A program made the position numbers and the translations under genes. DNA of 64,000 bases from Hydrurus foetidus (Eukaryota), in contig UYFQ01000600.1 in assembly GCA_900617105.1 (NCBI GenBank), positions 248,001 through 312,000 on the forward strand. The letters are read 5' to 3'. The notes under the pieces are model-generated. The model saw nothing but the letters and a program-made list of their open reading frames with translations. It was not told the origin of the DNA and did not search any database. Each line of letters opens with the position of its first letter. Position 1 is the stretch's first letter. Positions 56,358 through 64,000 of this stretch are shown here, piece by piece.

Positions 56358-56969
56358 TCAGAAAAAGCTCGAAACAAGACCGATGATCTTGTGGACGGCG
56401 GCGGTCACAACCCCCGCGCTGACGAACAGCAGCCCCAGGCTGACCAGGGCCATCAGATAGCCCAGCAGGGCCAGAAAACCATCGCGTTGCAGCAGGGCCA
56501 GCGACAGAATCGCCACCGTTGCGCCAGGCGCGAGATTGCCCAGCGGGATCGGCAGGATGAGGACAAGCGCCAGCAGGGTGCAGACCACGCCGATCATCCG
56601 CTCGCCCAGCGGCGAGAACAGCCAGGAAAGGCGGGGCTTGGTAATCAGCTCCATGCGCTTGACCAAGGGGGTGAGCCTGCGGAACAGGCCGCGCAGATCG
56701 TCGCGCTTGACCGGCCGGTCGATCATCCGGCGCGGCAGCCACGGCGCGTCGGCTCCCAGCGCGATCTGGGGGGCCAGCAGCAGAATCGGCAGGCTGAGGA
56801 TCGTCGAGGAGCCCGGCGGCAGCGGCAGGGTGTTCAAAGCGCCGAACACGAACAGCATCGCCCCGAAGGCGCGGCTGTCAAAAGCCTCCAGCATCTGGCC
56901 GACGGTCAGGATCGGACGGACGTCCTCGCCAAACCCTTCGATCACGTCCGCTAGGCTATCGGTCGACAT
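56358..56969 (-). CDS. exoD: ExoD-family membrane protein
   Basis: RAFG, LPLPPGSSTILSLP, PWLP, PIPLGN, LLQRDG. Confidence 0.88.
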   Translation of the reverse strand: MSTDSLADVIEGFGEDVRPILTVGQMLEAFDSRAFGAMLFVFGALNTLPLPPGSSTILSLPILLLAPQIALGADAPWLPRRMIDRPVKRDDLRGLFRRLTPLVKRMELITKPRLSWLFSPLGERMIGVVCTLLALVLILPIPLGNLAPGATVAILSLALLQRDGFLALLGYLMALVSLGLLFVSAGVVTAAVHKIIGLVSSFF

Positions 56970-57062
56970 GCGCGCTCCTGCTCCTGGAGCTTATAACGCA
57001 GGACCGATCAATGGGTCGTGAAGATAGGCGCTTTCTGGAAAATGACCACGCGCCCGGAGCGC

Positions 57063-58534
57063 TCAGCTCGTTTCCTTGATCAGGCGCCGGCGTCGACCGA
57101 CGGGGTGTTTGCATCGCTTCGCGATACTTGGCCACCGTGCGCCGGGCGATGTCGACCCCGGCCGTTTTCAGGATCTCGACGATGGCGTCGTCGGAGTGGA
57201 CATCCTTCTCGGCCTTCTCGGCCTCGACCAGACCCTTGATCTTGTGACGGACACTGGCGGCCGAATGGGCCTCGCCGCCCTCGGACGACTGGATGGCCGA
57301 GGTGAAGAAGAACTTCAGCTCGAACACCCCGCGCGGGGTGGCGATGTACTTGTTGGAGGTGACCCGGCTGACCGTGCTCTCGTGCATGCCGATGGCGTCG
57401 GCGACGGTTTTCAGGTTCAGGGGTCGCAGATGCTCGACGCCGAAGGCCAGGAAGCCGTCCTGCTGTCGCACGATCTCGCTGGAGACCTTCAGGATGGTCT
57501 TGGCCCGCTGGTCCAGGCTCTTCACCAGCCAGTTGGCGGTGGCCATGCAGTCGGAGACGAAGGTCTTTTCCTGATCGGTGCGCGCGCCCTTGGAAACCCG
57601 GGCGTGATAGCGCTGGTCGACCAGCACCCGGGGCAGGGTGTCGGTATTGAGTTCCACATGCCACATGCCGCCCAGCCCCTCGCGGACATGGACGTCGGGC
57701 TCCAGGGTCTCGGCGGTCTCACTGGCATAGGCCGCGCCGGGTCGCGGGGTCAGGGCGCGGATCTCGGCGATCATCTCGCGCAGATCTTCCTCGTCGACGC
57801 CACACACCTTGCGCAGGCCGTTCATGTCGCGGCGGGCCAGCATGTCGAGATTGTCGAGCAGGGCGGCCATGGCCGGGTCGTAGCGGTTCTGGTCCTTCAA
57901 CTGCAGGGCCAGGCACTCGCGCACGTCGCGGGCCGGTCCAGGCCCGGAGCACGGTCGGGTTCGAACCGGCCTCGGCGCAACCCAAGCGCTCGGCAGTCTC
58001 TGCCAGGTCCAGGCGCAGATAACCGCCCTCATCGACGCCGTCGATCAGGACATTGGCCACCAGCTGCTCGGCGGCCGACAGGCCCGCCTGGACCAGTTGG
58101 CCCTGCAGGTGTTCCGACAGGGTGGGTACGGCCGTCAGGGCGCCTTCATAGTCGCCGTCATGCTCGAACGAGCCGCCGCCGCCGGCGCGCGACCAGTCGA
58201 TCTGGCCGCCGGCCTCCTGGGCCTGCTCGCCGTCGCCCGAGGCGCGCTCGCCGGGCGAGACGTCGTCGGGCGTGGCGTCCATTTCCGAATTGGCCGAGCC
58301 TTCGGCCACGATGTCGACGCCCAGGTCGCTGGCCGCCGGCTCGCGGTCGATTTCGGGCGCGGCTTCGCTTTCGCCCTCGTCGCGCTGCAGGAGCGGATTG
58401 CGCTCCAGCTCGGCCTCGACGAAGGCGTCGAGCTCGATGTTCGACAGCTGCAGCAGCTTGATCGCCTGCTGCAGTTGCGGCGTGATGACGAGGCCCTGGC
58501 CTTGCCGCAGTTCCAGTCGATGGCCGAGAGCCAA
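57063..58534 (-). CDS. rpoN: RNA polymerase sigma-54 (frameshifted)
   Basis: TPQLQQAIKLLQLS, MHESTVSRVT, RpoN box ARRTVAKYRE. Confidence 0.97.
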
Positions 58535-58713
58535 TGCGCCCTCCTGGGCAAATCGAAATGTTCGATCCCCATTGAAGGGCAACTAGGTTAACGGGGCGCC
58601 AACGCCTGCAATATTCGGGCCGGTGCGACTTTCAGTCCCGTCGCCCAACAATGAAAATCCCGCGAAGCCGGAGGGCCACGCGGGATAAGTCATTTTATAA
58701 TAAGGATTATTTC

Positions 58714-59492
58714 CTAGACGCGTTCGGCGAAATGATCGCCCAGATAAACGCGGCGGACTTCCGGATCCTCGATGATTTCCTTTGGGGAACCTTCGAACAG
58801 CACCTCACCGGCGTGAATGATTGACGCGCGATCGATGATATCCAGCGTCTCGCGGACATTGTGGTCGGTGATCAGAATGCCGATGCCGCGCTTCTTCAGA
58901 TAGCCGATGACCTCGCGGATGTCGGCGATCGCCAGAGGGTCGATACCGGCAAAGGGTTCGTCCAGCAGCATGAACGACGGCTCGCTGGCCAGGGCGGGCG
59001 ATTTCACCCGGCGCCGCTCACCGCCGACAGGGCCACGGCCGGCGACTTGCGGATATGGGTGATCCGCAGTTCCTCGAGAATGTTGGTCACGGTCTCGGCG
59101 GCGGCGCGCTGGTTCTTCTCGCGCATCTCGACCACGGCCATGACATTCTGCTCGACCGTCATGCCCCGGAAGATCGAGGCTTCCTGCGGCAGATAGCCGA
59201 CGCCGAGGCGGGCGCGCTGGAACATCGGCTGGGCGGTGATGTCCTCGCCGTCCAGATAGATCGAGCCATAGTCGGCGGCGATCAGACCGGTGATCATGTA
59301 GAAGCAGGTGGTCTTGCCCGCGCCGTTGGGGCCCAGCAGGCCGGCGACCTCGCCGCGCTGCAGGCGCAGGGAGACGCTCTGACCACCGGGCGGTCGCCGA
59401 ACGACGCCGATGGCGTCAACGAACAGGCCGTTTGCCTCCGGGCGAGCGGGGGCTTCGGGGCGATCGGAACCGCCAAGGGGCGTCATCTTCAT
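58714..59492 (-). CDS. lptB: LPS export ABC transporter ATPase (frameshifted)
   Basis: [41 protein letters not shown]. Confidence 0.96.
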
Positions 59493-59502
59493 TCGAGCGA
59501 GC

Positions 59503-60051
59503 CTAGCGGTTGGCCGGAGCCGGGGTCTGGGACTTTTCGGGATAGATCACCGACCGCACCCGCCCGGTCTTGCCCCGGCCCTTGACGTTGGATTCCAGCT
59601 TCACGTCGTTGGTCTTGGTGTTGACCGTCATGCGGTCGCCGCGCGCCACGTCCTGGCCGCGCACGACGATGACATTGCCGGTGATCACGATGGTGTCGTT
59701 GGCATAGGTGAACACGGCGCGATCGCCCCGGACCGTCTGGTCCTGGTTGACGAAATAGACGTCGCCTTCGGCTTCCACGTGGTCGACATCGCCGCAGGCG
59801 TTCGAACCGGCCTGGGCCCCGGGCTTGCGGGTGGAGTAGGCGTTGACCACGCTGGCCCGCAGCCGGCTCTTGTCCTGCAACATCTCGACATTGCCGCGGA
59901 AGATCGTGCGGCACTGGCTGTTGATGTTCTCCTGCTCGTCCGCGGAAATATCCACGGGCGCGCTGGAGTCGTTGATGCTCTGGGCGAAGGCCGAGCCGCT
60001 CGCCAGGATCAGTGCGGTCGCCGTCGCCGCTGCCATCCAACGCTGGATCAA
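59503..60051 (-). CDS. lptA: LptA/OstA-family periplasmic LPS transport protein
   Basis: Signal peptide, PVDISAD, FRGNV, TGNVIVVRG; between lptC and lptB. Confidence 0.88.
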   Translation of the reverse strand: MIQRWMAAATATALILASGSAFAQSINDSSAPVDISADEQENINSQCRTIFRGNVEMLQDKSRLRASVVNAYSTRKPGAQAGSNACGDVDHVEAEGDVYFVNQDQTVRGDRAVFTYANDTIVITGNVIVVRGQDVARGDRMTVNTKTNDVKLESNVKGRGKTGRVRSVIYPEKSQTPAPANR

Positions 60052-60097
60052 GTCAGAGTCCTTATCTGCGAAGCACGGCCATGCCGCGCGCCTCTAC

Positions 60098-60716
60098 TTA
60101 CTTCCGTTCGAGCCGGGTGCGAACCCCACCCCTGAAAACGACCCGGTCACCCTTGTCATATACGGTGTAGGCGTTGGATTTCACCTGCCCCGTCGGACCT
60201 TCACCCAGCATGGCCGTCTCGCCGCTGATATTTCCGGTCTTGGTGTCGACCACCGCCTCTTCCGAAGCGAAGCGATAGCCCGCGCCATCGTCGATGCGAA
60301 CATCCCCACTCAGGGACAGTTTCATCGTGTCTTCGCGATAGATCCCTGACTTGGCCGTCACCCGGCTGGGCTGGGGTTCGTCGAAGCCGAGGGTCAGGGT
60401 GGGCGACTCCAGTCGCACGTTCTTCATGTCGTTGTCGTCGCGCAAAGCCGAACGCGCAGTGATCATGAAACTGCGCCCATCGCCGGACTGGCCGTAGAAG
60501 CGCGGCGCGATCATGCGGATCTGGGTCTTGGCCTCGGCGGGCGGTAGGGCCGCGGCGCGCATCGAGCGCCAGGCGACCTGGCCAGCCACGCCGATCAGGA
60601 TCGCGGCGATCGTCGCCGGCAGCACCACGCATCAGACGCACCCGGCGCGAGCGCCGGCGCCATTGCCCCAGATCCCGGGCGATCGACCGTCCAGTCATGG
60701 TCGCGGCTGCCGTCAT
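60098..60716 (-). CDS. lptC: LPS export periplasmic protein LptC (frameshift near 5' end)
   Basis: RRRSRRV.. then TM, PRFYG, LSGDV, FRGGV; operon position. Confidence 0.85.
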
Positions 60717-60718
60717 CC

Positions 60719-61360
60719 CTAGGTGTGCGCGAAGATGTCGGTGTCTTCCCAACCGGCCAGGTCGAGGGCGGCGCGGTGGGGCAGGAAGTCAAAGCAGGCC
60801 TGGGCCAGGTCCATGCGGCCCTCGCGCACCAGCATGGCGTTGAGCTTGTCGCGCAGACCATGCAGGTGCAGCACATCGGACGCCGCATAGGCGACCTGTT
60901 CGGGGCTGAGCGTCGCCGCGCCCCAGTCGGAGCTTTGCTGGGCCTTGGACAGCTCCACGGCCATCAGCTCGCGCGTCACGTCCTTGAGGCCGTGGCGGTC
61001 GGTATAGGTGCGGGCCAGCTTGGAGGCGATCTTGGTGCAGTAGACGGGCGTGGTCATCACGCCCAGATGCAGCAGGAACATGGCGATATCGAAGCGGCCG
61101 AAGTGGAAAAGCTTCAGGATCTTCGGATCGGTCAGCAGGCGCTTCAGGTTGGGCGCGTCATAGGTGGCGCGGTCCAGCTGGACCAGATGGGCGTCACCGT
61201 CGCCGCTCGACAGCTGCACGACGCACAGCGGGTCGCGGCCCAGGCGCAGGCCCATGGTTTCCGAATCGATCGCGACCGCGGTGGCGCCGACAAAGGCGCC
61301 GTCGGGCAGGTCGCCCACATGAACAAAATTGGTCAAGGTTTCAGAGCTCTCCGGCGACAC
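60719..61360 (-). CDS. rnd: Ribonuclease D-like 3'-5' exonuclease
   Basis: AIDSETMGL, LCVVQLS, FHFGRFD, SSDWGA, YAASDV (DEDD family). Confidence 0.9.
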   Translation of the reverse strand: MSPESSETLTNFVHVGDLPDGAFVGATAVAIDSETMGLRLGRDPLCVVQLSSGDGDAHLVQLDRATYDAPNLKRLLTDPKILKLFHFGRFDIAMFLLHLGVMTTPVYCTKIASKLARTYTDRHGLKDVTRELMAVELSKAQQSSDWGAATLSPEQVAYAASDVLHLHGLRDKLNAMLVREGRMDLAQACFDFLPHRAALDLAGWEDTDIFAHT

Positions 61361-61496
61361 GCCTGAACGACAGCCGTCGCCGAGGCTCGCGCGCCCGAAC
61401 GGGGTACGCGCGACATTATAATCACGATGAAAGAGATATCTATTCGCTAGGAACTATCGGCGCCACCCCGACCTTCTTTCGAAGGTTGGTAGGGGG

Positions 61497-61537
61497 TGGT
61501 GCCCAGGAGAGGACTCGAACCTCCACGACCTTTCAGT

Positions 61538-61577
<40 letters not shown>

Positions 61578-61583
61578 CTGGGC
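61497..61583 (-). tRNA. tRNA-Leu(CAG)
   Basis: 87 nt GCCCAGGTGGCGGAATTGGTAGACGCG-CTGGC-TTCAGGT-GCCAG..GGTTCGAGTCC..GGGCACCA with long variable arm. Confidence 0.97.
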
Positions 61584-61727
61584 CCGCAGAGCAATCCGTG
61601 GATCGCCGCGAGGCCGGGACGTTTAGGGAAAGCTTTTGGCCCCGTCAATCGCCAAATCGCGCATTTCGTTGCGAAGCCCCTCGCGGTCGTCTATCCCCCG
61701 CGTCATCGCAAGCGACGGGGATTGAAA

Positions 61728-62693
61728 ATGCAGGGTCTGGTCACAGTGTTCGGCGGCTCCGGCTTCGTCGGCAGCCAGGTCGTGCGGCAGCTCGCCAAGG
61801 CGGGCCACCGCGTTCGTGTGGCGGTGCGCCAGCCCAACCTCGCCTACAAGATGCGCATGCTGGGCGATGTCGGCCAGATCGAGGTCGTCCAGGCCAATGT
61901 CCGCAACGTCGCCTCGGTGACGCGGGCGCTGGAGGGCGCTGAAGCCTGCGTCAATCTGGTCGGCCTGCTCTACGAATCGGGTCGTCAGAAATTTCAGGCC
62001 GTCCACGTGATGGGCGCCAAAACCATCGCCGAGTGCGCCAAGGCGGCCGGTGTCAGCCGCTTCGTGCAGATCAGCGCCATCGGCGCCGACGCCGGCTCCG
62101 AAGCCAAGTACGCCCGCACCAAGGCCGAAGGCGAAGAGGCCGTTCGCGCCGTATTCCCCGGCGCAGTGATCGTCCGCCCGTCGGTGGTGTTTGGTCCCGA
62201 GGACAACTTCTTCAACAAGTTTGGCCAGATGGCCGCCATGAGCCCGGCCCTGCCGCTGGTCGGCGGCGAGACGCGCTTCCAGCCGGTGTTCGTCGGCGAC
62301 GTGGCCGCCGTGATCGCCCAGGCGGCCAGCAGCCCGGCCGCCGAGGGCGTGACCTATGAGCTGGGCGGTCCCGGCGTCTATACGATGCGCGAGATTCTGC
62401 AGCTGATCCTGACCGAGACCGGCCGCGACCGTCTGCTGCTGCCCATTCCGTGGTTCGCCGCGTCCTTGCTGGGCAAGGTCGGCGACGTGATGGCCGGCAT
62501 CCTGCCGATCGCGCCCCCGATCACCAGCGACCAGGTCGAAATGCTGAAGAGCGACAATGTCGCCGATGGCGGCCTGCCGGGCCTGGCCGAGGCTGGCGTG
62601 GTCCCGACCAGCATCGAGGCGATCGTGCCGTCCTACCTCTACCGCTATCGCAAGGGCGGACAGTACGCGCCGACTCCGGCCGGGGCGTTCTAG
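61728..62693 (+). CDS. Complex I NDUFA9-like NAD(P)-binding protein
   Basis: VFGGSGFVG, NLVGLLYE, YARTKAEGE, RPSVVFGPED, FQPVFVGDVA. Confidence 0.92.
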   Translation: MQGLVTVFGGSGFVGSQVVRQLAKAGHRVRVAVRQPNLAYKMRMLGDVGQIEVVQANVRNVASVTRALEGAEACVNLVGLLYESGRQKFQAVHVMGAKTIAECAKAAGVSRFVQISAIGADAGSEAKYARTKAEGEEAVRAVFPGAVIVRPSVVFGPEDNFFNKFGQMAAMSPALPLVGGETRFQPVFVGDVAAVIAQAASSPAAEGVTYELGGPGVYTMREILQLILTETGRDRLLLPIPWFAASLLGKVGDVMAGILPIAPPITSDQVEMLKSDNVADGGLPGLAEAGVVPTSIEAIVPSYLYRYRKGGQYAPTPAGAF

Positions 62694-62767
62694 ACGCTGG
62701 CCAGGCCGGAACGAATGAGGGCGACACCGCAGTGGCCGCCCTTTGCTGACCCTGCGCCGCCGCGAGA

Positions 62768-63568
62768 TCAGCGCGGAATGTACAGCAATCCCAGCCCCAC
62801 AACGCCGACGGCGATCCGCCACCAGGCGAACGGCGCAAAGCCGTGGCGGGTGATGAAGTCCAGCACGGTCTTGACCACAAAGACGCCGGAGATCAGGGCC
62901 GCCAGAAAGCCAAGGCCGATCAGGCCCAGGTCGTTGGTGCTGAGCTTGTCGATGTTCTTGTAGAGGTCATAGGCGAAGGCCCCGGCCATGGTCGGCATGG
63001 CCAGGAAGAAGCTGAACTCGGCGGCCGAGCGCTTGTCGCACTTCAGCAGCAGGGCGCCGGCGATGGTGGCGCCCGAGCGCGAGACGCCCGGCACCAGGGC
63101 CAGGCACTGGAACAGGCCGATGATGAAGGCCGTCTTCAGCGGATAGTCGACCACGTCGGTGTGTTGCGGCTCGAACTTCATGCGATCCAGCGCCAGCAGG
63201 GCGAAGCCGCCGGTGATGAGGGTGATGCAGACCAGCAGCGGCGACTCGTAGAGGACCGTCTTGATGAAGTCGTGAGCCAGTACGCCGACAAAGACCGCCG
63301 GCAGGAAGGCCAGAAACACGCCCAGGATGAAGCGGCGCGAGCCGGGATTGGTCGGCGCCGAGGTCAGCAGCCCCCACAGTCGCCCGAAATAGACCCCGGT
63401 AATGGCCAGGATCGCGCCCAGCTGGATCAGCACCTGGAAGGTGTTGCCCGGACTGTGGAAGCCCAGGAAATGTCCCACCAGCAGGAGGTGGCCGGTGGAA
63501 GACACAGGAATGAATTCAGTAAGCCCTTCGATCAGGCCCAGCACGATCGCGATCAGCCAATCCGGCAT
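62768..63568 (-). CDS. uppP: Undecaprenyl-diphosphate phosphatase
   Basis: [38 protein letters not shown]. Confidence 0.96.
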   Translation of the reverse strand: MPDWLIAIVLGLIEGLTEFIPVSSTGHLLLVGHFLGFHSPGNTFQVLIQLGAILAITGVYFGRLWGLLTSAPTNPGSRRFILGVFLAFLPAVFVGVLAHDFIKTVLYESPLLVCITLITGGFALLALDRMKFEPQHTDVVDYPLKTAFIIGLFQCLALVPGVSRSGATIAGALLLKCDKRSAAEFSFFLAMPTMAGAFAYDLYKNIDKLSTNDLGLIGLGFLAALISGVFVVKTVLDFITRHGFAPFAWWRIAVGVVGLGLLYIPR

Positions 63569-63801
63569 CGGCAGTCCCTCAAAAACACAGGCCCCCGGCG
63601 TGCGCCTGACAGGGTAAACAGGGCGTTAATCCACAAAGTGGACTAATATGGCGACGCAATGCGAGGTGGTCGCAAGGACCTCAAGCGATCTGCGGAGATA
63701 ACGGTCAACTATTTTTACCACCACATTCTTCTTGCGCCAAAGAGTCCGTATGAGGCCGCCATACGCAATTTTTCTCCCGAAGACGGGATGAGGGAAGTCG
63801 C

Positions 63802-64000
63802 ATGGCCGAACGCATGCTGAAATTCACCACGGTGGCCCGCAAGACGCCTGAAAAGCGTGCGGCGGACGACCGTTCTGGCGACTTCCACGAGATCTACGCC
63901 GACTTCATCGATGCGAAAGCCACCGAGCAGGCTTCGCGTTGCACGTGGGCGTGCCGTTCTGCCAGACCCACTGCCCCCTGCAAAACAACATCCCCGACTG
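63802..64000 (+). CDS. gltD: Glutamate synthase small subunit (partial, runs off window)
   Basis: MLKF..PEKR.A..R..DFHEIY..EQASRC..GVPFCQTHCPLQNNIPD. Confidence 0.9.
   Translation, partial: MAERMLKFTTVARKTPEKRAADDRSGDFHEIYADFIDAKATEQASRCTWACRSARPTAPCKTTSPT

Overview
High-GC alphaproteobacterial chromosome segment, very likely a Caulobacter or close relative. The gene order hisS-hisZ-hisG, hemC/tsaD/gpsA, acs, mscL-ihfB-rpsA-cmk-aroA, hsp20-ptsN-hpf-exoD-rpoN-lptBAC-rnd and a CIR-type repeat support this. Many essential genes are broken by small indels, so the sequence looks like an unpolished long-read assembly and frameshifts cannot be read as pseudogenes. The main accessory feature is a ~10.9 kb island (20766-31677) integrated in tRNA-Thr(CGT) and bounded by a perfect 45-bp direct repeat. 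It carries a centrally placed tyrosine integrase, a P-loop ATPase followed by an inverted-iteron ori-like structure, a LexA-box-preceded Cys-rich ORF, and two paralogous NIT-domain (nitrate/nitrite-sensing) chemoreceptors, one with a CtrA-like box. Signals missed by the ORF track: a 26-aa His-rich leader peptide upstream of hisS-hisZ-hisG, a probable CrfA sRNA flanked by repeated TTTGAC-N6-GTCAAA boxes, a degenerate copy of the polA 5' end flanking a TonB-like gene, and a ROSE-type thermometer before hsp20. All family names come from motif recognition by eye; no searches were run.
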